Origin: Zancudomyces culisetae HAW-14-8
Lineage: Eukaryota; Fungi; Kickxellomycota
Length of the DNA stretch: 64,000 nt
Direction of reading: 5' to 3'
NCBI GenBank assembly: GCA_052426225.1
Contig: JBNJNM010000006.1
Location: 310,001 to 374,000 of the forward strand
The notes under the pieces are model-generated. The model saw nothing but the letters and a program-made list of their open reading frames with translations. It did no database searches and had not been told where the DNA came from. Below, in pieces: positions 52,001-61,632 of the stretch. A program made the position numbers and the translations under genes. Positions within the stretch are counted from its first letter, which is position 1. Every line of letters begins with the position of its first letter.

Positions 52001-55000
52001 GAATAAATGATTATATCATCTATATAAACCATTGTACACCTATATAATTCTTCTTTTAATACTTCTTCCATTACTCTCTGAAAGATTGCTGGGGCGTTGG
52101 TTAGCCCAAATGGTAAGACAGTAAATTGGTATAACCCGAGTCCGGGCCCAGGTGTAAACGCTGTCATTTCTTGGGTTGTTTTGTCGAGGGGTATTTGCCA
52201 ATACCCACTCAGCGCATCCAGAGTCGTAAAATACTTTGAACCTTGTAAGTTACTTAATATTTCGTCTATGTTTGGTATAGGATAGGCATCAGTTTTGGTT
52301 ACCTCGTTTAGTTTCCTATAGTCGACACATATTCTTTTCTTGCCATCTTTTTTGTTAACTACTACCATAGGGAAACAATAGGGGCTACTGGACTTCACAA
52401 TTACTCCTTGCGTTATCATTTCTTTAATTTGCTCCATTATTTCTTCCTGTAGTCTCTTAGCCAATCTATACGGTTTGCATTTGATGGGATTTACGTCCTT
52501 AAGTATCATCTTTACGAGGTTTACTTCGGCACCCTGGAAGTCTTCTAAGTTACTGGCAAATCTGTCTCGGTTCAGTGTTAGCAGCTTAGTAAGTTGATCC
52601 TTATGTATATCTATCAACTCCGGATTTATGACGCCGTTTTTTGTGTTTACGGTATTTATTTCAATTATTTTGCTGTCTGTATGTTCGTTCGTATTGTCTA
52701 CGCAGCGTAGTACCATTGGTATCTGGTGTAGTTTACCTCCTACATCACATGTTATTGCATTATGCGTAAAACTTATTTCTGCTTTTAAGCAAGCAAACAG
52801 ATCAATTCCAAGTAATAACAAGTCCCTTTTCCCTTCTTTGATTGTGTAGAATGGTGCTTTTATTGCGAAAGTACCGAAATCTAACTTGACAGAAGGATAA
52901 TATACCGGTATGGATTCCTTTCCTCCAACGCCTAAAATTGTAACTTCTGTCGCTTGTCCATCCCCTAAGTCTAATGTCCTTGCCATTGCACAGCTCATTA
53001 AGTTGGTTGCTGCTCCTGAATCGTACTGAAACATGGTTTGCTTCCCATTAATAGTCACTAATCCCATTATTGCTTTTATATTCCTACTCATCTCTTTTTG
53101 GCATAATACTGTATTTGGTGTTTGTTTTCCTAACTCTACGAGATTGACTTCTTTATTCTGGCTATTGTTGGCTGAGTTTTTTATAGGTGATGCAGTCTTC
53201 ATTTCTATGTCCTCGATTTCTGTGGGACAATTACTCGCATAGTGTCCATTTTTCCGACACTTGTAGCACCTAACGTTACTATTATCTTTGGTTTGATATC
53301 TGCTATTCCTTGATGGGGTCTCATACATAGTTCTACTATTTACGTTTACGTTTTCTTTTACTTTATATTGATTGGTTTTTGAAGTAATGGAATTGTTATA
53401 TTTAGTGTTATTCTTATAGTTATTATTAGTATTAGTAGTTGAAATGTTTTTGTTGTTATATGTTTTGTAGTTTTTATTAATGTTATTTACGTATTTTGTA
53501 TTGTTTATTATTCTTATTCCTTGTGATTTTTTTGTCTCAATTATATCCTCCTCCCGTTGTATCATATATGCTAGCATTGATTTCATTGTTATCCCACCTG
53601 CGAGGTTTCGTACGTGTTGCTTATCCGTGGGGTTTAACTTTTTAAATACTTCTTCAGCCATTTTGGTTTCATCGTTTACTTGCATATTTTTAAATAGTCT
53701 TTTTAGGTCTGCGAATGTGGTAATTGGGTTATTGTTATATAAATTGTACTTCTCGAACTGCTTTCTTGCCTCCGTTGTATCTCTATACTTGTTACATGTC
53801 GATATAAATAGGGTACAGTATTCAGTCCAATCCTCTTGAATTACCATCAAATCCGTTAATGTTTTCTTTATTGAGCCATCTATAAAAGTTTCCAGATAAA
53901 GATATGTTTCCTCCAGGGTCAATATTTGTTCTAATGCATTCACATGTTTACAAAAAAGGTTCAAAAACTCTTCTGGATCTTGGTCCCATGCGTTAGTAAA
54001 TATTGGTGGTGGGACTGGTAACCATCCTGGTGTATTGTCGTTCTGTCCGCGTTTCATACGTTCCTGGGTAGCTTTTACGTTTGATTCTAATACTTCCTTA
54101 ATAGATTTGTTCCCTATTACTTGTTGTCTTAATTTGGTCTTGCTTGTGCTAGCTTCGAGTTTCTCTTTTTGTTTACCATTACCAGTATCAAAATTAAAAA
54201 TTTCAATTGTTTTTGGTGCGTATTCTTTGATTTTATTCACTCCATTAACAAACAGTCTCCTAGCTACTTGAGCTGTAGTAGGGCTAGGTGGTGTATTTTC
54301 ATTGTTGGTACTTTGTGGTGAAAAATACATAGCCGGGGACGCGGCTAAATCTGTGCTTGTGCCGCTCTGGTTTCCATCCATGAGATCATTATTAGAAAAT
54401 GATCCTGTCGCTGACGCCATGTCGTAATAATCATAGTTCGTGTAACCATGATCATTAAGTTCATCATGTGTCATACCAGTTCGGGTATGACCACTTGATG
54501 AAGATGCACCACTACCCCGTAGTGTGATGTGCATAATAGGGTGCTCGGGTGAGCTGTTTCCCCTATACAATGTCGGTGAGATACTGCTCACGGACATTGG
54601 TTCTGGGCTCCTACGGATTTGGAGTTGACGGACACTTTCTGTCAACTCCCCAAGAGTCCGAGGACTTAAAACCCCAGTCTCTTGGTCCATGCTACTAGCC
54701 GTGCTCAGGCTGGAGCTAGTTTCTGAATCCCTCTTGGATTTACTCTTGGTATAAAAGAAATAGTTCATGATGTTTGGTTATTTATTATATGTATATACTT
54801 TTAAAGTTTGTTTTATTGAGTTTATTAACTATACTATTTAATCCGTAAAGTAGGACATGGATAAAGTTACCTTTTAGACTACTCTATCAATTATATATAT
54901 GATTAAAAACTTAAATGTTAACCTAGTTTTTCAATATAATAAATTAACTATACACTATTATTATGCTGTTAAGTATACTAATAGTTTTGTTTCATAATTG

Positions 55001-55265
55001 CAGCATACGTGCAATTAAGATTATGTGTGGGAACACATAATCATTAAAATTATTTGATGTTCAGTATGAAAACATATTTCGTACTAGAATCATCATTATT
55101 GAATGGACTCAGCATGTAGAATTTATTTCATGCTGAGTCGAAATTAATTTGAACAAAAATTTAAACGACAATAAAAATTATAAAAATTGGCATTCCGCAA
55201 TGAGTGTACAACAAAATTTCTTGTACACTATTCGGATTTGCATTACAATTCGGCTTATTGCGACA
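49044..55265 (-). mobile_element. Intact Ty3/Gypsy element, 846-bp LTRs (54420-55265, 49044-49889), TSD TAAC
   Basis: LTRs differ at 2 positions by eye; PBS TGGCGTCAGCGACAGGAT (tRNA-Ser-like); PPT AAGGGGGGGAA. Confidence 0.97.
49879..54768 (-). CDS. Single Gag-Pol polyprotein, 1629 aa, starting in the 5' LTR and ending in the 3' LTR
   Basis: CYKC...GHYASNC, YDSGA, YIDD, TDAS, DDE integrase, GPF; no chromodomain. Confidence 0.95.
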   Translation of the reverse strand: MNYFFYTKSKSKRDSETSSSLSTASSMDQETGVLSPRTLGELTESVRQLQIRRSPEPMSVSSISPTLYRGNSSPEHPIMHITLRGSGASSSSGHTRTGMTHDELNDHGYTNYDYYDMASATGSFSNNDLMDGNQSGTSTDLAASPAMYFSPQSTNNENTPPSPTTAQVARRLFVNGVNKIKEYAPKTIEIFNFDTGNGKQKEKLEASTSKTKLRQQVIGNKSIKEVLESNVKATQERMKRGQNDNTPGWLPVPPPIFTNAWDQDPEEFLNLFCKHVNALEQILTLEETYLYLETFIDGSIKKTLTDLMVIQEDWTEYCTLFISTCNKYRDTTEARKQFEKYNLYNNNPITTFADLKRLFKNMQVNDETKMAEEVFKKLNPTDKQHVRNLAGGITMKSMLAYMIQREEDIIETKKSQGIRIINNTKYVNNINKNYKTYNNKNISTTNTNNNYKNNTKYNNSITSKTNQYKVKENVNVNSRTMYETPSRNSRYQTKDNSNVRCYKCRKNGHYASNCPTEIEDIEMKTASPIKNSANNSQNKEVNLVELGKQTPNTVLCQKEMSRNIKAIMGLVTINGKQTMFQYDSGAATNLMSCAMARTLDLGDGQATEVTILGVGGKESIPVYYPSVKLDFGTFAIKAPFYTIKEGKRDLLLLGIDLFACLKAEISFTHNAITCDVGGKLHQIPMVLRCVDNTNEHTDSKIIEINTVNTKNGVINPELIDIHKDQLTKLLTLNRDRFASNLEDFQGAEVNLVKMILKDVNPIKCKPYRLAKRLQEEIMEQIKEMITQGVIVKSSSPYCFPMVVVNKKDGKKRICVDYRKLNEVTKTDAYPIPNIDEILSNLQGSKYFTTLDALSGYWQIPLDKTTQEMTAFTPGPGLGLYQFTVLPFGLTNAPAIFQRVMEEVLKEELYRCTMVYIDDIIIYSKTFEDHIQDVRRIIELLRTKNIKLHADKCRLAYTEVKYLGHIISATGIKPDTENVEKIKNMTPPKDVDSIRSYLGLVGYYRKFIKNFSTIAKPLTTLTKKDVPYEWGVDQQKAYDFLQKQLTSQPILNHPNWDWDFTVITDASKSGVGAILAQGKEGRERIVCYASRTLTPAESNYSITHLEGLAVVWGLTHFHYYLYGRTFTVITDHSALVELFKKEPAKGRIGRWILKLRHYNFKVIHREGKSNPADYLSRFPWEDIPEQVEEVLYISLKGYEELKERVRNKDTAANNDNLLAKLSVIENDIIHTDRTKRKYLHPNELYETIYRIHYEQHRSISATNKYLTEHYYAPGSFNVVKLIVERCEVCQRTNYIQRKSENLHPIIPSEPFRVWGLDVAGPIAPISEPEGNKYIVMAIDYFTKWPVALAVKSINAEVICNFITEMIIANFGVPQILITDRGSHLSNEACARFNEYLGIEQKQVTAYRPSANGQIERSIQTLKQLLIKQTISRPKSWDAYIWRVLLTMRTTPHRTLGRSPAEIVYGLKLLTPEVWNSYLPQDIEKEMAMRNRLEYLENKMPTYRRLVIELAKKQKIYDEDRYNKGVRPRKLQVGEKVLKATTTQNPFTMHRNVGPFEITAILENGVYEIKDRQGHVDKVHVDRLRKYYPEYSIIPDLYTGSARTTGAQADKQPRNTESIEDDQDSRGGMSQ

Positions 55266-55279
55266 TAACACACAAATAT

Positions 55280-55353
55280 GGCTGGCTGGCGCAATTGGAT
55301 AGCGCATATGACTTCTAATCATAAGGTTGCGGGTTCGACCCCCGCGTCAGCTT
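55280..55353 (+). tRNA. tRNA-Arg(UCU)
   Basis: Full cloverleaf: GGCTGGC/GTCAGCT acceptor, TATGA-CTTCTAA-TCATA anticodon arm, GCGGG-TTCGACC-CCCGC T arm, followed by a T-run terminator. Confidence 0.93.
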
Positions 55354-55438
55354 TTTTTGTCATTATGTAGTACAATGTAAAATTTTTACAAATCCTTTTT
55401 TTTATTTTAATTGATGGTTAGATTAATTGAAATTATTA

Positions 55439-56335
55439 TGTCCTATACTCACATCTCGGATCACTTACATTGTATATAAAGGCTACATACTTTTAGTTAG
55501 CGAATCAATTGAGATTCCTTAGTAGATGATATCTACCAAGGAAACATGCATAATATATATTTAATTAAACTAAGATAGTATAGTGAATATAAAACCTTAT
55601 ATACCGAATGCGGACAACTCAAATAGCATCTTTAGCCTTACTACAAAAATAATCTTTACATATACGTGTATATAACTTAATAATTGATAATAGCACCTAA
55701 CTGATATAGATACTTGGTGTTTTAATAGTATTATATCAATAATAAAAGGTATTTAAAACATTCTTCATACGGCAAACAGAACTAGTTAAGTGATCCGAGA
55801 CCTGAGAATAACTGACATAATCTGTGATATACCAAACTCAGCCATCACATTAGCTGAAAAAATATATCAGATAACTTATAATGTAATATATTGTAGATGT
55901 TATAAGTTATCTGATATATTTTTCAGCTAATGTGATGGCTGAGTTTGGTATAGCACTGATTCTGTCAGTTATACTCAGGCCTCGGATCACTTAACTAGTT
56001 CTGTTTGCCGTATGAAGAATGTTTTAAATACTTTTTATTATTGATATAATACTAATAAAACACTAAATAAACTATATCAGTAAGGTGCTATTTTCAATTA
56101 TTAAGTATATAAAAACGTATATGTAAAGTATATTCCGCTAAGAAAGGCTAAAGATGTTTATTTTCCTTGTCCGCTTCGCTTTTATTCCCTGATCGTTCAG
56201 ATATTCAACTTTACTGTTATAAATATTTAAATATAAAATAACTACAAGTTAATTGGTAGTTATATCATGCTAAGGAATCGCAATTGATTCGCTAGCAAAA
56301 AGTATGTAGCCGTTATACTACAATAAATCTAGACA
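55439..56335. repeat. Large imperfect palindrome: two inverted ~375-bp TG..CA units flanking two inverted ~55-bp units
   Basis: 55470-55881 is the reverse complement of 55898-56325; inner arms differ by a single indel. Confidence 0.9.
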
Positions 56336-56369
56336 ATACAAACAAAATAAACTAAAATTATTTTTATAA

Positions 56370-56441
56370 CGCCCGATGTGGGGCTCGAACCCACAGCCTT
56401 GAGGTTAAAAGCCTCACGCTCTACCATTGAGCTAACCGGGC
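56370..56441 (-). tRNA. tRNA-Lys(UUU)
   Basis: GCCCGGTTAGCTCAATGGTAGAGCGTGAGGCTTTTAACCTCAAGGCTGTGGGTTCGAGCCCCACATCGGGCG folds into a complete cloverleaf. Confidence 0.95.
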
Positions 56442-56448
56442 CTGTTGT

Positions 56449-59400
56449 TGTTATAGAATTTCACAATTCTATGATTATTTACTATTCTTATTGTATTATA
56501 TGTTTATTACTAAGTATATTATTTTTGTAATATTGTTCTTTTTAATACTATATATGTTTAACTTAATATTTTGTTAAGATGTGTTTTTATTTAATTCAAA
56601 GTGGGCGGTTGCTTTAACCCCCAGATAATAATATAATTAATGAGGAAATATAATGTAAATAACTAACTAAACTATTGGACAAAAACCACAGGGGGAAAAA
56701 AGGTCCAATCTCAAAACTATTAACTAAAAACCTAATGAATAAATAAAGCTAATTATATAAAATCGTATCTTCATACGACAGAACCCCGGTCCCAGATTGG
56801 GCCTACCGGTCTAGGTGTACGGAAGCGTACCAACTTGGTTCTTAATGGTGTACTAATCTCTGGTATCATGTATCTACTTTGATGATAATGCTTTAGCATA
56901 TCACCGTTTACTAGATCGCGGTTCCCTTCACTATCTGATATGACGTAAGTTCCTTTGTTCAACCTTCGGTCTACCTTGTATGGTCCTTCCCATACTTGTT
57001 CTAGCTTTGGCATGGGTTGTTCGGTCAGTTTAAGTACTATATCACCCTCCTTAAATGCTGAGGGTCTCACTCTGCTGTCGTATCTGATTTTTTCTTTTTC
57101 TTTTTCAGCGATACTGTTACTTAGTCCTACATTTCTAAGTTCAGGTATATCGGTTTTTATTGCATCAATCCTTTCTTGTATAGCTATATCGAGATCGCTA
57201 ATTTCGGGTGGTGGTGCCCATAGGGCTGGCGTTGTTAATTTTACGCCGTATAATAATTCCGCAGGACTATATTTCGTAGCTCGGTTTCGCATCGTTCGAA
57301 TGGCAAGCAGAGTTTTCCAAAGGTACTTGTCCCAATTACCTTTGTTCTTATGACACTGCTTCACTAACGTATTCTTCAGAGTCTGATTAAGCCGTTCCAC
57401 CTGCCCATTACTCTGGGGCCTATAGGAAGTGGTGGGTGTGTGCTTAATCTGGAGGAAGTCGTAAACCTTGGCTGCTTGTTCACTGATGAAACCTGATCCT
57501 CTGTCCGTTATTATTTGATCCGGTACGCCATAGTGTTGCACTATTTGTGTAATAATAAAGTTAACTATTGTTTCAGTCTTTATGTTTTCAACAGCCTCAG
57601 CCACGGGCCACTTTGTAAAATAATCGATTCCAGTGAGTAAAAAGCGATTTCCTGTTGACGATATTGGGTTTATTGGCCCCACTGCGTCTAATCCAAATAT
57701 ACTAAATGGCTTATATGAATATATAGGATGAAGTCTGTTTCTTTTTATACGTCCTCCTTTAAATAGCTGACAATCATGGCATTGCTCTACAACTTTTCTT
57801 ACTGTTTCGAAAAGCCCTTCGCCTGTATAAGTGTCTTTCATTCGTTCCCATGTATTCTCTACCCCATTATGATTTTCGTTATGTATTCGCTCTACTGTAT
57901 CGCGCATGGTGCCTTCGTGAAGTACTTCTTTAATATTTCCTTTTATATATCGAACTAGTTTATCGTCTCTAACCCTGTATTTTGTTGCCCTGTTTCTTAT
58001 TTTTAACTGTTGGCTTTCGCTACTATTTTCTGGATACCTAGAGTTAGTGATATAGTTTTTTATAGCATTATATTCAATAGATGATAGTGTAAAAATTTGA
58101 ATCTCATTAGGTGATTCTTCAGCGTCCTTTGATACCAAACGTGAAAGCGCGTCGGCAGGATTCGTTTTTCCTGGACAATGTTCAATAGTGTAGTCGTAGT
58201 TTCTCAGCATCATAGCCCATCGGGCTACTCTGCCTGTAATCTCTTTGGAATTGAATAACTGCAATAACGACTTATGGTCAGTGCGTAATGTGAAGTGTTT
58301 TCCCCAGAGATAATACTTTAGCTTTTGGATAGACCAGATTACCGCTAGACCCTCCAGATGTGAAATTGAGTAATTACGTTCGTGCTTATTAGTGATTCTA
58401 CTTATAAAACATACCGGTCTCTCTCCATCATCAAATTTTTGCGAAAGTATACCCCCGATTCCAATCACGGAAGCGTCAGTTGTTACAATGAACTCACGCT
58501 CCCAATCTGGATGAGCTAACGTTGGTGCTTTTGACATCTTTTCTTTTATTGCTTCCATTGCCTGCTCACATGTTTTATCCCAATTCCACGGCTGTCCTTT
58601 TTTCAGTAGCTTTAACAGCGGTGCGATAGTCGTAGCATAATTTTCCACGTATTTCCTATAAAAGCCTATCAAACCTAAAAATGATTGAAGCTCTTTAACT
58701 GATGTAGGTGCTCTTGCTTTCTTAATGGATTCAACTTTTTTCATGCTTGTTCTCACGCCGTTCGTAGTTATCACATGGCCGAGGTATTCCAATTCTTTCA
58801 TTCCTAAGAAACATTTTGCTTCATGCAACTGTACCTTTCCTCCTCGTAGTAAATTAAATACCTCCTTTAGATGCACTAAATGCTCCTCTACCGTTTTCGA
58901 GTAAACAATTATGTCATCGACAAATACTATCGCTGTCTTCCACAGAACAGGTGCAAGAATCTTCTCCATTAGCCGCTGAAAAGAGGCAGGACTGTTCGTT
59001 AAGCCGAACGGCATAACATTGTAACAAAAACTGCCAGTACCGGGTATAGAAAATGCTGTTTTATCTCGATCCTCTTTGGCCATACGGATTTGCCAAAATC
59101 CGCTTAAGGCATCAAGAGATGAGTATATCTTTGCTCCCGCGACAGCCATAAAAATATCCTCAATAGTTGGCAGTGGGTAGGTGTCTTTCTTAGTCTGTTC
59201 GTTAAGTTTTCTGTAGTCCGTACATATCCTAAGTTTACCATTCTTTTTCCAAACGGTGACCACTGGGGAACACCATTCGGACATGCACTTGGATATTACA
59301 CCGTTATTCTCCATTATCTGTAATTCGTCTCTTACTTTTGTGTATAGGTGATGCGGGATCCTATAGGGTTTTAACTTTATAGGGGTATCGTCTTTTAGTA

Positions 59401-61628
59401 TTATTCTGTGTTCCGCTTGATCTGTCTGTGTTAGCTGTTCCAAATCAGATGCGAAGATATCCCTATTATCTGCCTTCATAGCTTCGATTCGTGGGTCACT
59501 ATACTTTAAGCTATCATCAACAGGTGATTGGTTTTCTTTAAGCATTAAAAACAATTCACTTTCCTCACATTCCTCGTAGCCTGGCACATCCTGTGTGTGC
59601 AGTGGTACTATAAGCATTATCCGTTCCAGCGGTAGTCTAAGCTCTGAATCTTTAATATTCAGTTGTGCCTGGTGCCTCATAAGCCAATCCATCCCTAAAA
59701 TTAGGCTATCATCTTTACGTTGCATTATAGTTAAATTTGTTGTAAACCTATTGTTTCCTATTCTTAGCGGAATATCCCTCACAGTGCCTAATGAATGATG
59801 CCTCATTCCGTCTGCAGTTATGATTACCTGGTCGTTTTCCTCATCCATGATTAGTCCCCATCCTTCTACCATTCTTGGTGTAGCAACGGAGCACGCAGCT
59901 CCTGTATCAACAACTGCCCATATTTCCTTGTTGTAAACTGTCACAATTATTCTGCAGTTGGTAGTGCGCGGTCTGGCAAACTTCAGCTCGTTGATTTCCT
60001 GCTTTTTTGTCTTCTTGCATAAACTTATCATTTCGCTGTTCAACGATGGTGCAACACTCATAAGTTGCGGAAAGGATATTGTTGGATTCCATTTAGCAAG
60101 TTGATCCACTAATGAGAATGGTTCTATCCCTTCTGCCATTTTTATCTCGGTTTTTACTTTAGTTTTTGAAGCTTGCGCTACATTATCCTGTTCTATCTCC
60201 TGCTTAAGCTTTTCTTGTTTTAAGTTGTTTTTTGATCTATAACTAACCTTGTTTCTAGCTGGGTCTGGATCTTCTACTTGCATTGACAGTTCTGCATTTG
60301 GTACATACTTGTTGTTAACAACTGTATCTGCACTATCCTGAATTTTCACTGCCTCTTTTCTTGTGTATGGCGTACTCTGTTTGTTCCCTGGTGCCCTTCG
60401 TTGTACAGCTAAGATTTCCATTGGTGAAATATCCTCATGAGCTAGTTCTAAAAAATTAACATTCTTAGTGTACTTTGACTCTGATTTATTCTCAGCTTCT
60501 TTCAGCTTGGGGCATTCGTACTTTTTATGTCCCTCCTTGCGACAGTGAAAGCATGTAACAACCCTAGGGTATGTACGTTGGTACCTATTTCTTCTAGATT
60601 CAAAAAACTTCTTCTCAACCGCCTCGTCTACTTTGCTTAGTAAATTTAAACTCAACTGTTCCATTCTTTCTAGTATCTCCTTATATTCTCCTGAACCACT
60701 GTTTACTTTTCTACTCAGACTAGCTTGTTTCCCTTCTTTTTCTACATCCTTTTCCCTGTCTGCTATCCATTTAACAACTGCATCCCATGTTTGTAAATTA
60801 TTATCTCTAACTTTGATCTTGATATCACTGCTCAATGAACTCACGAGCCAGTTATATTTTGCATTAGTATCCTCAATCCCGGCCTTGCTTAAAGCACTCT
60901 CCAAAGCAAATTCTAGTTCTTCTATAGACTCATAGTTTTCTTGTTTAATTTCCTTGAGTTTGTCGTAACTTACATAGCCTTGCTCTGCAGATGCAAATTT
61001 AGATTTAAATTCCACTGTGAAAGTAACCCAGTCACTAAACGTTGCGACATTCTTTTTATACCAAACTAGTTCACGCTTGCCTAACTTTAACTGCGCTAAA
61101 TCAACCCAATCTGCTGCGTCCCACTTATTCAACTTGGCAATCAATCTAAACTGCTTTAACCACTCTTCTGGGTCAGTGCCCATGGATGATTCAAAACGAG
61201 GGATACTTTCCATTTTAGCTGTAAGTCCTTAACCTATCTTGAAAAAGTTACTTTTATTACCATAGGCATATGTTCTGGCCTAGCTGGGAGCGCCACTGTT
61301 ATAGAATTTCACAATTCTATGATTATTTACTATTCTTATTGTATTATATGTTTATTACTAAGTATATTATTTTTGTAATATTGTTCTTTTTAATACTATA
61401 TATGTTTAACTTAATATTTTGTTAAGATGTGTTTTTATTTAATTCAAAGTGGGCGGTTGCTTTAACCCCCAGATAATAATATAATTAATGAGGAAATATA
61501 ATGTAATTAACTAACTAAACTATTGGACAAAAACCACAGGGGGAAAAAAGGTCCAATCTCAAAACTATTAACTAAAAACCTAATGAATAAATAAAGCTAA
61601 TTATATAAAATCGTATCTTCATACGACA
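56449..61628 (-). mobile_element. Intact Ty3/Gypsy element, 332-bp LTRs (61297-61628, 56449-56780), TSD TTGT
   Basis: LTRs differ at 1 position by eye; PBS TGGCGCTCCCAGCTAGG; solo copy at 46842-47173. Confidence 0.97.
56771..61213 (-). CDS. Single Gag-Pol polyprotein, 1480 aa
   Basis: CFHC..EGHKKYEC, VDTGA, FVDD, TDAS, DDE integrase, GPY; no chromodomain. Confidence 0.95.
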   Translation of the reverse strand: MESIPRFESSMGTDPEEWLKQFRLIAKLNKWDAADWVDLAQLKLGKRELVWYKKNVATFSDWVTFTVEFKSKFASAEQGYVSYDKLKEIKQENYESIEELEFALESALSKAGIEDTNAKYNWLVSSLSSDIKIKVRDNNLQTWDAVVKWIADREKDVEKEGKQASLSRKVNSGSGEYKEILERMEQLSLNLLSKVDEAVEKKFFESRRNRYQRTYPRVVTCFHCRKEGHKKYECPKLKEAENKSESKYTKNVNFLELAHEDISPMEILAVQRRAPGNKQSTPYTRKEAVKIQDSADTVVNNKYVPNAELSMQVEDPDPARNKVSYRSKNNLKQEKLKQEIEQDNVAQASKTKVKTEIKMAEGIEPFSLVDQLAKWNPTISFPQLMSVAPSLNSEMISLCKKTKKQEINELKFARPRTTNCRIIVTVYNKEIWAVVDTGAACSVATPRMVEGWGLIMDEENDQVIITADGMRHHSLGTVRDIPLRIGNNRFTTNLTIMQRKDDSLILGMDWLMRHQAQLNIKDSELRLPLERIMLIVPLHTQDVPGYEECEESELFLMLKENQSPVDDSLKYSDPRIEAMKADNRDIFASDLEQLTQTDQAEHRIILKDDTPIKLKPYRIPHHLYTKVRDELQIMENNGVISKCMSEWCSPVVTVWKKNGKLRICTDYRKLNEQTKKDTYPLPTIEDIFMAVAGAKIYSSLDALSGFWQIRMAKEDRDKTAFSIPGTGSFCYNVMPFGLTNSPASFQRLMEKILAPVLWKTAIVFVDDIIVYSKTVEEHLVHLKEVFNLLRGGKVQLHEAKCFLGMKELEYLGHVITTNGVRTSMKKVESIKKARAPTSVKELQSFLGLIGFYRKYVENYATTIAPLLKLLKKGQPWNWDKTCEQAMEAIKEKMSKAPTLAHPDWEREFIVTTDASVIGIGGILSQKFDDGERPVCFISRITNKHERNYSISHLEGLAVIWSIQKLKYYLWGKHFTLRTDHKSLLQLFNSKEITGRVARWAMMLRNYDYTIEHCPGKTNPADALSRLVSKDAEESPNEIQIFTLSSIEYNAIKNYITNSRYPENSSESQQLKIRNRATKYRVRDDKLVRYIKGNIKEVLHEGTMRDTVERIHNENHNGVENTWERMKDTYTGEGLFETVRKVVEQCHDCQLFKGGRIKRNRLHPIYSYKPFSIFGLDAVGPINPISSTGNRFLLTGIDYFTKWPVAEAVENIKTETIVNFIITQIVQHYGVPDQIITDRGSGFISEQAAKVYDFLQIKHTPTTSYRPQSNGQVERLNQTLKNTLVKQCHKNKGNWDKYLWKTLLAIRTMRNRATKYSPAELLYGVKLTTPALWAPPPEISDLDIAIQERIDAIKTDIPELRNVGLSNSIAEKEKEKIRYDSRVRPSAFKEGDIVLKLTEQPMPKLEQVWEGPYKVDRRLNKGTYVISDSEGNRDLVNGDMLKHYHQSRYMIPEISTPLRTKLVRFRTPRPVGPIWDRGSVV

Positions 61629-61632
61629 TTGT

